Part shown: positions 1 through 10,510 of the stretch, piece by piece
How positions within the stretch are numbered: position 1 is the stretch's first letter
Layout of the letters: the number at the start of each line of letters is the position of its first letter
NCBI GenBank assembly: GCA_048885925.1
Contig: JBHLLG010000009.1
Coordinates: 16,051-80,050 of the forward strand
DNA length: 64,000 nucleotides
DNA from: Candidatus Hermodarchaeota archaeon
GTDB lineage: Archaea; Asgardarchaeota; Lokiarchaeia; Sigyniarchaeales; SOKP01
Direction of reading: 5' to 3'
Made by a program: the position numbers and the translations under genes
The notes under the pieces: generated by a model
Seen by the model: the letters and a program-made list of their open reading frames with translations, nothing else
Databases searched by the model: none
Told to the model about the DNA's origin: nothing

Positions 1-390
1 TTATTTTTAAAATAATCCAAAATTAAATCAAACTGTTTTGGCCAAATTAAAACGTCATTCCATAATATAGAGATATAATTAAATTTTCGATTTTTATAAT
101 TATATATGGTTTTAAAGAAACAAGTTGTACATTTGTCGGATATAAATAAGGTTTTATCTTCTTTTGGGCAGTTATAACAATCTATAATTAAAATAATATC
201 CTTATTTCCATCTAACTTTTCTTTTTCTTTAAAATATACTGGATTGTTTAAAACCATTTAAACCTTTTTTGATAAAGATAGATTTAAATTACCCATTTTT
301 ATTCTTGAAGGACTGTTAAGAAATAAAAATTTTAATGAAAAAATTTATTTATTTTAAAAAATTCATTTCCAAAAGTTAATGTGATAAATT

Positions 391-1410
391 ATGGGTCATC
401 GTAAAAGACATGCGCCTAGACACGGTTCATTAGCATTTCTACCTAGAAAGAGAGCTGCACAAATAAAAGGTCGAGTAAGACATTGGTTAGATAGTTCTGA
501 TGAGATAAATTTTCTTGGTTTTGCTGGGTTTAAAGCGGGCATGACTCATATTACATACATAGAGGACCAAAGAGACAGTCCGTATTTTGGAAAAGAACTA
601 ATGAAACCAGTATCTGTAATTGAAGTTCCCCCATTAATCCTCATTGGAGTGAGAGTATATAATAACGATGAATATGGAAGATTTATTGTTGGAGAACTCT
701 ACACTAATGAATTTAACAAATTTATATTAAGGAAAATTAATATTCCAAATTTAGAAAATCAGGATTCTGAGAATATAAAAAAAGAAATTTTAAAAAAGTT
801 AAATAGCAAAAGTGAGATTAGAGGTGTTTTTCAAACACAGCCATATAAAACATCTTTACCAAGAAAAAAGCCTAATATCATTGAAATTAAGATTAATTCA
901 ATTAAACAACCCAAAAAAGAATTTGAATTTGCTTACAATAATTTAGGAAAAGAAATTAGAGCAAGAGATGTTTTAAAAGACGGAGAGTTAATAGATGTAA
1001 TCGCCGTTACTAAAGGAAAAGGATTTGAAGGTCCGGTCAAAAGATTTGGAGTTAAGATTCTTACTCGCAAAAATAGTAAGATCCGAAGAGCTGTTGCATG
1101 TATAGGTCCTTGGCATCCAGCTAGAGTTCTTTATACTGTTCCACGTCCAGGTCAATTAGGTTTTCATCAAAGGACAGAATATCATAAAAGAGTAATGTTA
1201 ATCGGTGAGAATGAGGAGGAAATTAACCCAAAAGGAGGATTTATAAAATATGGGAAAATTAAAGGCGATTATATACTTATTTTAGGTTCTATTCCAGGTC
1301 CTAAGAAAAGATTAATCAGAATAAGAAAAACAATTAGACCTGTAAGATCTTTTATTACAAGTACTCCTGAGATTACATTTATCAGTCGAGAAAGCCAACA
1401 ACAAAAATAA
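391..1410 (+). CDS. rpl3: 50S ribosomal protein uL3
   Basis: PRHGSLAFLPRKR N-terminus, GFKAGMTH, TKGKGFEGPVKRFG, CIGPWHPARV. Confidence 0.98.
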   Translation: MGHRKRHAPRHGSLAFLPRKRAAQIKGRVRHWLDSSDEINFLGFAGFKAGMTHITYIEDQRDSPYFGKELMKPVSVIEVPPLILIGVRVYNNDEYGRFIVGELYTNEFNKFILRKINIPNLENQDSENIKKEILKKLNSKSEIRGVFQTQPYKTSLPRKKPNIIEIKINSIKQPKKEFEFAYNNLGKEIRARDVLKDGELIDVIAVTKGKGFEGPVKRFGVKILTRKNSKIRRAVACIGPWHPARVLYTVPRPGQLGFHQRTEYHKRVMLIGENEEEINPKGGFIKYGKIKGDYILILGSIPGPKKRLIRIRKTIRPVRSFITSTPEITFISRESQQQK

Positions 1411-1431
1411 TTACTAAAACTAAGTGATATT

Positions 1432-2220
1432 ATGGAAAAAATAAATGTATATAATCTAGAAGGGAAAAAAAAAGGACTTATTGATAAACCAAAAATATTC
1501 GAGATAAACCCCAGATTAGATATGATTCAAATTGCACAATCAATTCATCAAAGCAAAAATAAACAAGTACAAGGAAGAGATAAAAGAGCAGGTTTAAGAA
1601 ATACCGCTGAAAGTTGGGGAACTGGACATGGATTGTCACGAGCGCCAAGAATTAAAGGTGGAGGTTTTATAACTGCCCGAAATGTTGGAAGAGTACCTTT
1701 TGCTAAAGGAGGAAGAATAACACATCCTATCAAAAATGAAAAAAAAATTAAAAAAAAAATCAATACAGGGATGAATAAGTTATCAATAATCTCTGCCATA
1801 GCTGCTTCTGGAAATAGATATTTCGTTCAAAAAAGAGGGCATAAGATCAACGATATTCCTGAAATTCCATTAGTTATTGATGATAAGATTCAAACTATCA
1901 AAAAAACATCAAAAATGTATTCGATATTGTGCAATATGGGATTAAAGGAAGATTTAATTAAGATTAAAGATTACAGAAAAATTAAAGCAGGTAAAGGTAA
2001 ATCAAGAGGACGAAAATACAAAATTAAAAAGGGAGTTTTAATTGTGATTAAAGATGATTTTGGAATAATTAATGCCACAAGAAATATTCCTGGAACTGAT
2101 GTAATTAAGGTTCAAAATCTATCTATTAATGATTTAGCACCAGGGGGTGCATCAGGTAGATTAATTATTTGGTCCCAATCTGCCTTCAATGAGTTAAATA
2201 ATTATAAGGTGTTAGTATAG
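1432..2220 (+). CDS. rpl4: 50S ribosomal protein uL4
   Basis: TAESWGTGHGLSRAPR, AGKGKSRGRKY, RNIPG, LAPGG..GRL; follows uL3. Confidence 0.97.
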   Translation: MEKINVYNLEGKKKGLIDKPKIFEINPRLDMIQIAQSIHQSKNKQVQGRDKRAGLRNTAESWGTGHGLSRAPRIKGGGFITARNVGRVPFAKGGRITHPIKNEKKIKKKINTGMNKLSIISAIAASGNRYFVQKRGHKINDIPEIPLVIDDKIQTIKKTSKMYSILCNMGLKEDLIKIKDYRKIKAGKGKSRGRKYKIKKGVLIVIKDDFGIINATRNIPGTDVIKVQNLSINDLAPGGASGRLIIWSQSAFNELNNYKVLV

Positions 2221-2484
2221 ATGGAAAAAATTTATAAAATTATTAAGAAGCCTTTAATTACTGAAAAAACTTTTGATTTAATTGAAAAAGAAAATAAATT
2301 AGTATTTATTGTTGACAGAAAAGCTAATAAAAGTCAAATAAAAAAAGCAGTTGAGAAATTACATAATGTAAGAGTAAAAAAAGTTAATACTATGATTACC
2401 CCACAAGGAAATAAAAAAGCTTTTGTCAAATTACATCCAGAATTTTCTGCTCAAGACATCGCTATTGATTTAGGTATATTTTAA
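2221..2484 (+). CDS. rpl23: 50S ribosomal protein uL23
   Basis: PLITEK...ENKLVFIVD..ANK.QIK.AVE...KVNT...KKAFVKL. Confidence 0.97.
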   Translation: MEKIYKIIKKPLITEKTFDLIEKENKLVFIVDRKANKSQIKKAVEKLHNVRVKKVNTMITPQGNKKAFVKLHPEFSAQDIAIDLGIF

Positions 2485-3594
2485 TTATTGAATATTTTTA
2501 AAATCTTCATAATTAATTTTCTGAACTTCTTCTAGGTTAATTATTTTTACGTTTTTTATCAATTTTATTTGCGTTGTATCTAAAAGACTTTCATATCCTA
2601 AATTATTTAATAATAAAATGTATATGAAATATTTAGGATAGTATTTTTCAATAATTCCTTGAATGAAATTAGAGTCTAGATTAGGTAATGTTAAAAATAA
2701 GCAATTTTGTTCAATCAATAATAAATTCTTACTTAGTCTTAGATATTTAATTTGATGATTGGTTAAATTGTATTCAATTGAGTCATTTATATCGGATATA
2801 TCTACTAGATGATCTAACATTTCAGTAGAAAATAAAGAATAATAATCATTTAATAGAAAAAAACTATCATTTATTCCGATCCTCCAAATAAAATTTAAAA
2901 ATTCCTTTAATTGCATATTATACCTTTTTATTAATTCACAGTGAAAAAAAGTGTTTACAATTTCCTCTATTTTTTTTAATGGTAAAGTTGTTTTCCATAT
3001 CTCGACAAAATAACAAGAAAATTTAATATTTTCATTACTATTTTTAGTAAAATGAAATATTAAGAATCCCTTCCTTCCGAGATCATTAATTAATTTTAGA
3101 AAATTAGATATAAAAGTAGTTTTCTTTTTAATAAAATTTAAATTAATTTCGTAGAAATCAAAACCAATAGATTTTTTTTCACTAGAAATTATGAAAGATA
3201 ATAAATCTTTCATAATTGAGGTATTGGAATTAATATCTTCAAAAATATTTGTTAAGAAATGTTCTTCTAAAACTTTTCCCTTTAAAAATTTATGATAATT
3301 TCCAATTTCGCCCAATTTTTGCTGAACAAGATTAAAAGTCTTGATAATTCCTTCTTTATTAGAATCTTCAAAATTTAAAATAAAAAGATTTTTTCCAGTT
3401 CCTAATTGGATAGAATAATGTTGAATTAAATTCTTTCTTAAAAATTTATTTAAAAGAGTCAAGTTTAAATTTACATCTTTAGATATTAATAACGCAAATG
3501 CAACTATTCTATTGTATTTGCTTATACTTTTATAATAAATTAAATGATTTTCAACTAAATATGAAAATAGTTTATATTTACCTTTTTTAACCAT
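2485..3594 (-). CDS. hypothetical protein
   Basis: 369-aa ORF with no motif recognised. Confidence 0.6.
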   Translation of the reverse strand: MVKKGKYKLFSYLVENHLIYYKSISKYNRIVAFALLISKDVNLNLTLLNKFLRKNLIQHYSIQLGTGKNLFILNFEDSNKEGIIKTFNLVQQKLGEIGNYHKFLKGKVLEEHFLTNIFEDINSNTSIMKDLLSFIISSEKKSIGFDFYEINLNFIKKKTTFISNFLKLINDLGRKGFLIFHFTKNSNENIKFSCYFVEIWKTTLPLKKIEEIVNTFFHCELIKRYNMQLKEFLNFIWRIGINDSFFLLNDYYSLFSTEMLDHLVDISDINDSIEYNLTNHQIKYLRLSKNLLLIEQNCLFLTLPNLDSNFIQGIIEKYYPKYFIYILLLNNLGYESLLDTTQIKLIKNVKIINLEEVQKINYEDFKNIQ

Positions 3595-3859
3595 TTCAAA
3601 AATATTTCTGATAACATTTATAAAAACTTAAATATTTTATTTTTATCAAATCATAAAGGGGATTTAAAGATTTAAATTTATTAAGAAAGCAAAGATCTTA
3701 AATCTCTAAAGCTTTTTAGTGTTTAAAAATAATAAATTTTATCAGCTTTTTTAAATCCTAATAAGAAGAATTTTTGATTTTATAATAGTTTTCAAATCTT
3801 AAAGATTTATTTAAAATAAAACTTAAAATTCCATCTATTTTATAATTAATTAAATTTTA

Positions 3860-5137
3860 ATGCGGGTAATTAAATTGTTAAACTCTATCAAAAATTTTTT
3901 TTTAAATTTAAATCCTGGTATAATAATTCAAGCTCCATCAAGAATAAACTTAATAAATCCTTTAGATGCTGTTGAGGGTGATTTCTGGATGCCTTCTGTT
4001 GCGATTAATGGTAAAATAAATCCACTTTGTGCATTTTTTTATATTAAAGAAATTGATCAAGAGAGCAGGTTAAAAGTATATAAATTGAAGAATTTATCAA
4101 ATAAATATGTCATTGAAATAGATTCTGAAGATCAACTTCCAAAAAACCAAAAAGAAATCAGAAAAAAAATAAGAGGAGAAAATAAACTAGTTTATGCCAG
4201 TATAAATAGATTCTTAGAAATGAGTTCCTATTTTAAAGAAAAATATTTAAAGACTAATATTGAAATAGGTTTAATTTCAACAATCCCATTACAAAGTGGT
4301 TTAGGTGGAAGTGCTGCCATAATAATTGCTATACTCTATGGCTTTGCAAAATTTTTCAATATTTATAATAATCTAACTATTCTTAATCAAAATGAATTTC
4401 CAATAAATAGAGATATAATCGCAGAGATGGCTACTAAGATCGAGGATAGTGATTTAAAAATTACAGCAGGTTATGGTGATCGCTATGTAATTAGCAGAGG
4501 AGGATTAAGCTTTTGTTCTTATTACGGGAAACTTTATCATAAAGACATTTCAAAAGAACCTTTAGCAATTTATGATAGAATTGATGATGTTTATGAATTA
4601 GATGACATACCTATAATTATTTGTTATTCAGGAGTATTTCATGAAAGTGGTAACATTCATGGAAAATTAAGACACCATTATTTACAAAAGGATCAAATTC
4701 TTTTAGAAAGTTATAAAGAATTAGCAGAATTAGCATGGAAATCGAGATTTGCGATAATGCGCCGTGATTGGGAGTTATTAGGAAAATATTTTAAAGCAAA
4801 TACAAAAATAATGAACAAAGTTATGAAACACGTAGGATTTAAGCATGGAATTGGATTAGCAAATAATATTTTAATAAAAATTATAGAAGACCATCCTGAA
4901 GTCTATGCTGCAAAATTGACTGGTGCAGGTGGGGGAGGTTCTGTTTTTGCTTTAGTTAATCCAAATAAAATAGATGATATTTTAAATTATTGGAAAAATA
5001 AATTAATTGAACTTATTGATGATGAAGATACGTTCTTTACGAAATTTCCATTAGCCACGATTGAAATAATAACCAAATTTAAAAAAGCTCAATTTTTTCA
5101 AATTAATATTGATAAAAAGGGTGTGAAAACATTATAA
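3860..5137 (+). CDS. GHMP-family sugar kinase (HddA/glucuronokinase-like)
   Basis: APSRINL, PLQSGLGGSAA ATP loop, GYGDRY, AKLTGAGGGGS. Confidence 0.85.
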   Translation: MRVIKLLNSIKNFFLNLNPGIIIQAPSRINLINPLDAVEGDFWMPSVAINGKINPLCAFFYIKEIDQESRLKVYKLKNLSNKYVIEIDSEDQLPKNQKEIRKKIRGENKLVYASINRFLEMSSYFKEKYLKTNIEIGLISTIPLQSGLGGSAAIIIAILYGFAKFFNIYNNLTILNQNEFPINRDIIAEMATKIEDSDLKITAGYGDRYVISRGGLSFCSYYGKLYHKDISKEPLAIYDRIDDVYELDDIPIIICYSGVFHESGNIHGKLRHHYLQKDQILLESYKELAELAWKSRFAIMRRDWELLGKYFKANTKIMNKVMKHVGFKHGIGLANNILIKIIEDHPEVYAAKLTGAGGGGSVFALVNPNKIDDILNYWKNKLIELIDDEDTFFTKFPLATIEIITKFKKAQFFQINIDKKGVKTL

Positions 5138-5179
5138 TTCATATATAATTATATTAACTAAAATAATTGGAGATTTAAT

Positions 5180-5368
5180 GTGAGTAAATTCGAAAGATAT
5201 AAAACAAAAACTGATATCTATATTTATCCTCATAAACATTGTAAAAAGTGTGGAGAAATGATATCTGAAGCTTTTAGCTATTGCCCTGAGTGTTATAAAA
5301 CTTTAAAAGAAAAGAAAAAAAGAAGATTTTTTAGAAAAAAAAATAAAGAGCTAAAAAGTTCAACTTAA
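5180..5368 (+). CDS. DUF2116-like Zn-ribbon protein
   Basis: HKHCKKCG..I....YCPEC followed by a basic helix; GGAGA RBS upstream. Confidence 0.75.
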   Translation: MSKFERYKTKTDIYIYPHKHCKKCGEMISEAFSYCPECYKTLKEKKKRRFFRKKNKELKSST

Positions 5369-5372
5369 AAAA

Positions 5373-7079
5373 TTAGATGTTAAGTCTTTCTAACAACCAA
5401 TTTTTCTCTAATAAGGACAAAAATGGTCCTAAACGGGGACCACTTTTTTTGCCCAAAATAAGCTGATAGATCGCTTCAAATAATTTTCTTGGAGGTAATT
5501 CTATATCATTTTTTGCAATTGAGAAAATATGATTTTGAACAGAATCAGCTTCTAACTCTTCTGTTTTGTTTATATATTCTCTTAATAGATGTATTCCTTC
5601 AATTTGTTTATCATTCATCTGTTTTACAATATTTTTATCTACGTCATTGGGAATAGTAAATAATTCTACTTTATTTAAAATTTCTCTCTTAATTTTAGAA
5701 TCCTTTTCCTTCTCTAATATTATTCTAACTTCCTCTAACCAATTACTTGTCTGGGTAAGAAGCTTTTCGAATTCTTGAAATTTAATTATATGGCTAAAGT
5801 GATGGTTTTCCATATAGGTTTTAGCTTTTTCATAAAGCTTATCTAGACTTAAAATATTTTGAACTTGCGCCAGAAACGCTAAGAGTTTTAATGGTAATTT
5901 ATTTAATTTTGTTTTAGTAATATCGCTTATCTGGGTTAATGGGAAAATATAATTAACAAATTTACTTTCTTCATAATCTTCTACTTGTTCTAAATTATAA
6001 TAAATATTTTCCATTTTTTCATAATAATCGTAATATTGAGGAATCTCTTCAATTCTAAAGGTAATATGTTTCATTGGATTCGTCCTTAAAATAATTGTTC
6101 TATATATCCTTGGATCTGCAATTTCTAAATATTTCTTTGGTGTAAAAATATGTCCTTTAGAAGTTCCCATATCTTGATCTCCTAATCTCAACCATTCATA
6201 AGGGACTTTAACTGGTCCCTCATAATCATAAACTTTTTGACATAATTCAATTCCGGTATCATATGCCCCTCCTTTAACACTATGGTCTTTACCTGCTGGT
6301 TCACATGTAGTTTTATAAAGAGCCCATTTAGCAGGCCAATCTACTCGCCAGTTGAGTTTTAATCTCCCACTCCAAATAGAGATCTTTCCAGAGTACCCAC
6401 AAGTTTTACACTCATATGAGACGGCTTCTTCATTTTGAAAATATTCTTTAATTCTATTTGGTTTTATAGATCCATCTTTATCTCGATGTTGAATTCTATC
6501 ACATTTCTCACAAATCGCCATTACTGGTTGCCAATATTTCTGCATATGTATGAATTCTTCCTTATCTTCTTCTTTTAAAGTAGGAAGTATATATTTTCTT
6601 AAGATTTTTTTAATTTTATGAGTATTTTCAAGAGCTATTTTTATTTGTTCTTGCATACTTTTAGTTTTATATAACTCATGAGACCAAATTATTTTAGTTT
6701 TAATTCCAAAATCTGGAAATGTACTAATTAATTCATTACCAAAATGATTAGCATAACTCTCACAATTGCAATCTTTATATGGGCATGGAATCATTGCAAA
6801 TGGCTTTCCTATATGCTCATTTTGAAAATTTATTGGTATATATGAAGGAAATCGTTTGGCTGCATCTAAACTATCAAAGAACAATAAGTTATTAACAATT
6901 TTATCATCTTTTTCAAAGATTCTTCTTAGTGCATCACAAATTATTATCTCTCTTAGTATTCCTAAATGGATATGACCTGATGGAGTTTTACCTGTCGATA
7001 ATGTTATTACTTGAGGTTTACGTGAATAAATTTCTTCTATAATTTCTTCAATCCAATGAATTGGAAAATCTTCATTCAA
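5373..7079 (-). CDS. lysS: lysine--tRNA ligase, class I
   Basis: GKTPSGHIHLG, KLNWRVDWPAKW, EPAGKDH, GPRLGPF. Confidence 0.96.
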   Translation of the reverse strand: MNEDFPIHWIEEIIEEIYSRKPQVITLSTGKTPSGHIHLGILREIIICDALRRIFEKDDKIVNNLLFFDSLDAAKRFPSYIPINFQNEHIGKPFAMIPCPYKDCNCESYANHFGNELISTFPDFGIKTKIIWSHELYKTKSMQEQIKIALENTHKIKKILRKYILPTLKEEDKEEFIHMQKYWQPVMAICEKCDRIQHRDKDGSIKPNRIKEYFQNEEAVSYECKTCGYSGKISIWSGRLKLNWRVDWPAKWALYKTTCEPAGKDHSVKGGAYDTGIELCQKVYDYEGPVKVPYEWLRLGDQDMGTSKGHIFTPKKYLEIADPRIYRTIILRTNPMKHITFRIEEIPQYYDYYEKMENIYYNLEQVEDYEESKFVNYIFPLTQISDITKTKLNKLPLKLLAFLAQVQNILSLDKLYEKAKTYMENHHFSHIIKFQEFEKLLTQTSNWLEEVRIILEKEKDSKIKREILNKVELFTIPNDVDKNIVKQMNDKQIEGIHLLREYINKTEELEADSVQNHIFSIAKNDIELPPRKLFEAIYQLILGKKSGPRLGPFLSLLEKNWLLERLNI

Positions 7080-7217
7080 TTTTTATTCACGATGCAGCTT
7101 ATTGGTTAAAAATTGGATTTTTTATTACAAAAACTTTTCTATTATGTACAATAGTATATTTAACGACAGTATATTATAAATGATCATTTTTAATTTTAAA
7201 TAATGGTAAGTTAAGTA

Positions 7218-9059
7218 ATGAGGATTGCTGTATTAAATAAGGATTTTTGTAAACCAGAAAAATGTAGTCCCTTTGGAGAAAAACCATGTATAAAATATTG
7301 TCCTAGAGTTCGAACTGGTGATAAAACAATAGTTCTAAGCCCTGATAAGAAATATGTTATAATCACAGAAAGCTTATGCTCCGGAGAAGGTATCTGTATT
7401 AAAAAGTGTCCTTTTAATGCAATAAATATTGTAAATCTACCAGATCCATTAGAAAGTCAAATATCTTATAGATATGGTAAAGATCAATTCTCTTTGTTTC
7501 GAATGGCTATACCCAAAAAAGGAAAAGTTCTTGGAATCATAGGACAAAACGGAATTGGAAAAAGTACATTATTAAAATTGCTTTCAAATGAATTACATGT
7601 AAATTTTGGTAAATTTGATGATGAAACTCCTAATTGGAAAGAAATAATTGAGCATTTTAAAGGCTCTGAACTTCACCAATATTTCAGTGATTTGAAAGAA
7701 GACAAAGTAAAAGTTGTCCATAAACCTCAAAACATTACTATGATTCCTAAGTTTGTTTCTGGAAAAGTCTTTGATCTTTTAAATAAAAATGATGAAGAAA
7801 AAAGACTTGATGAAATTTCTCAGAAAATTAATCTTGGGGAGATTTTAGAAAGAGAAATTTCAGTTTTATCAGGAGGAGAACTGCAAAGAGTGGCTATAGC
7901 GGCTGCTTACCTTAAAGATGGAGACATTTACTTATTTGATGAACCAAGTTCCTACTTAGATGTAAGTGAAAGAATAAATATGGCAAAATTAATTCGAACG
8001 TTATCCGAAAAAAACAAAACCATAATAGTTGTTGAACATGATTTAGCTATTTTAGATTATTTAAGTGATTATGTTTCAATTTTATACGGACAGCCTGGTG
8101 TTTATGGAATAGTATCTCATCCTCAAGGTGTTAGAGTGGGTATAAATATTTATTTAAATGGATATATAAAAGATGAAAATGTAAGATTTAGAGAAGTTCC
8201 TGTTATATTCCACGAACGTCCACCACAAGAGTCATTATTTGATGCTGGGGATATTGTATTTTCTTATGAGGATATAGGTATTTCCTTAGGAAGTTTTCAT
8301 TTAACAGCCTTAGGGAGTGAAATCCATGCCGGTGAAATTATTGGAATATTAGGACCTAATGGGATAGGTAAAACTACATTTATAAATTCTATTGCAAATA
8401 CTTTAAGTAGTGAAATTAATGGTTCTATAAATGAATTTAAAATAGAGGATGAAGTAACAAGGGAAAAGTTAAAAGTTGCTATAAAACCACAATATATTAA
8501 AATCGAAGATGATGATCATGTATCTGATCTCATTACAAAGATTAAATTAGCTCCACATCTTAGTCAATCTTATAAAAAAAGACTTATTTATAACTTAAAT
8601 TTAGAAAGTATAAAAGAGAGACGTTTTTCTGAATTAAGTGGAGGGGAATTGCAACGAATCGCAATTGCTAAATGTCTTTCAACTGAAGCTGATATTTATT
8701 TATTAGATGAGCCTTCAGCATTCTTGGACGTTGAAATGAGGTTACAAGTTGCTCAGTTGCTAAGAAAGTCCATTGAAGAATTAAAAAAATCTGGTTTTGT
8801 AGTAGAACATGATATTATTACACAAGATTTTATAGCAGATTCAATTTTAGTATTCAAAGGTATTCCAGGAGTAGAAGGTACTGCTTTACCCCCCCAAAAT
8901 TTAAGAGATGGTTTTAATACCTTTCTTAAGATTATGGGAATTACATTTAGGAGAGATTCAACAACAAAAAGACCCCGGGTGAATAAATTAGGGAGCAATA
9001 AAGACGTTTATCAGAAAAAAATAAATGAATATTATTATATTCCGAAATATAAGAATTAA
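7218..9059 (+). CDS. rli: ribosome recycling ATPase ABCE1/RLI
   Basis: N-terminal Fe-S domain, two ABC domains (GQNGIGKST and GPNGIGKTT, LSGGELQR twice), C-terminal ITFRRD...RPRVNK. Confidence 0.96.
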   Translation: MRIAVLNKDFCKPEKCSPFGEKPCIKYCPRVRTGDKTIVLSPDKKYVIITESLCSGEGICIKKCPFNAINIVNLPDPLESQISYRYGKDQFSLFRMAIPKKGKVLGIIGQNGIGKSTLLKLLSNELHVNFGKFDDETPNWKEIIEHFKGSELHQYFSDLKEDKVKVVHKPQNITMIPKFVSGKVFDLLNKNDEEKRLDEISQKINLGEILEREISVLSGGELQRVAIAAAYLKDGDIYLFDEPSSYLDVSERINMAKLIRTLSEKNKTIIVVEHDLAILDYLSDYVSILYGQPGVYGIVSHPQGVRVGINIYLNGYIKDENVRFREVPVIFHERPPQESLFDAGDIVFSYEDIGISLGSFHLTALGSEIHAGEIIGILGPNGIGKTTFINSIANTLSSEINGSINEFKIEDEVTREKLKVAIKPQYIKIEDDDHVSDLITKIKLAPHLSQSYKKRLIYNLNLESIKERRFSELSGGELQRIAIAKCLSTEADIYLLDEPSAFLDVEMRLQVAQLLRKSIEELKKSGFVVEHDIITQDFIADSILVFKGIPGVEGTALPPQNLRDGFNTFLKIMGITFRRDSTTKRPRVNKLGSNKDVYQKKINEYYYIPKYKN

Positions 9060-9371
9060 ATTGTAATTAGATTCCTATGATTTTATTGTTATAAATTTCT
9101 TTATTATACTCCTTTTTTTCAACTGGAAAAATTATTTCAAAATTAAAGTAGAATTCAAGAATCAAAATTATTTAATTTTTAATAAAATAATTTAAATATT
9201 TTCTAAATTAAAGTAACTGGGCCTTATTCTAAATATTATAAGTTATTGACTTTTAACTTACTTCTAAAGATAGTTTACAGTCGAAATTCAAGTGTATATC
9301 CTAATATTAATAATTTCTTAACATTAATTTTAGAAATCTTATAATTATATAAAATAAAAAAAATTAATTTT

Positions 9372-9626
9372 TTAATTTTTAATTTTCCAAAAAACAAGTG
9401 GACGTCCTCTTTTCCCGTCATTACGAGAAAATTTTTCAATTACTTTTCTTTTTTGAAGTTTAACTAAATTATCATATATAGTGGTTCTAGGAGACTTTAA
9501 TTCTTTTACTAGATCTCTACGAGTTAAGGGTCCAATTGCCTTTAAAGTTTTAATTAAATTAAATTGAATTGGAGATTGATATTCATTAAAATCAGAAAGA
9601 TTTTCAATTGATGTTTTATTTCCCAT
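9372..9626 (-). CDS. small winged-helix DNA-binding protein (TrmB/ArsR-like)
   Basis: GPLTRRDLVKEL..PRTTIYDNL..L...GRP..FW; GGAGGA RBS. Confidence 0.8.
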   Translation of the reverse strand: MGNKTSIENLSDFNEYQSPIQFNLIKTLKAIGPLTRRDLVKELKSPRTTIYDNLVKLQKRKVIEKFSRNDGKRGRPLVFWKIKN

Positions 9627-9835
9627 AATTTATTCCTCCATTATTTTAAAAAAATTTTAACACGACAATTTTTCGACTTTTTAATTTTTTAAGTGAAAAA
9701 TTTTATCCTCATAATTTAATAAGTTCAAAATTATATTTAAATGATGTTTATTTATGCATTATTATCATCAATTAGCATAAAATTTAAAAGAATTAATTTT
9801 CCTTTAGATTATATAGAATGACTAGTTTTTAAAAA

Positions 9836-10207
9836 ATGACGGAAACAACAAGAACAACAGTTACCTTAAATAAGAGTTATATGAAATTAATTGAAGAATT
9901 GGTTGATGTTTTTGGAGCGACAAAAGCGCAAGTGATTAGTAATATTGTTGAATATTTTTTTAACGATAATAAAAATGATCCTTTATTGGAGAAATTACGA
10001 GCAAGGAAAAGGAAAGAAAAATTACCTGATAAATCTGAACTTAATAGTAGGATTCAAAAATATTTGAAAATTTCTGATAAAATACCTTTTGATGTATTCA
10101 TTGATCATTTAAATTTAGATTCTGATTTTGTAATTAATCATCTTGATGAATGGGGAGAAAAATACAACTTTAAGGTTATTGATAATAAGATTGTTAAAAT
10201 TAAATAA
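9836..10207 (+). CDS. putative ribbon-helix-helix (CopG-like) protein
   Basis: RTTVTL strand followed by two helices (..LIEELV..FGATKAQVI..IV). Confidence 0.6.
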   Translation: MTETTRTTVTLNKSYMKLIEELVDVFGATKAQVISNIVEYFFNDNKNDPLLEKLRARKRKEKLPDKSELNSRIQKYLKISDKIPFDVFIDHLNLDSDFVINHLDEWGEKYNFKVIDNKIVKIK

Positions 10208-10236
10208 AGACTATATTTTAGTAGTTTTTCCAAAGG

Positions 10237-10437
10237 TTATTTGAATACTTGAAGAAAGTCATTTGATAATCCTACGGTCCAATCTAACATTGAGCTTACT
10301 ACCCCAATAATGATGAAAAAGATAAATAACGCAAAACCAATTAATAAAGCATATTCTACAAGATTCCCACCAAATTCATCTGAAAAGAATTCCCTCGTTT
10401 TAGAAAAAAATTTTTTAAGAATTTTTTTTAAATTCAT
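10237..10437 (-). CDS. Flp-like class III signal peptide protein (pilin-like)
   Basis: Basic leader, FFSDEFG|GNLVEYALL, then a hydrophobic helix; 66 aa. Confidence 0.7.
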   Translation of the reverse strand: MNLKKILKKFFSKTREFFSDEFGGNLVEYALLIGFALFIFFIIIGVVSSMLDWTVGLSNDFLQVFK

Positions 10438-10510
10438 TGCTAATTTTATTTATAATTTAAATATTTAAACTAAACTTTTTGTAATGAAAAAAATTTTTAA
10501 AAACTTAAAT

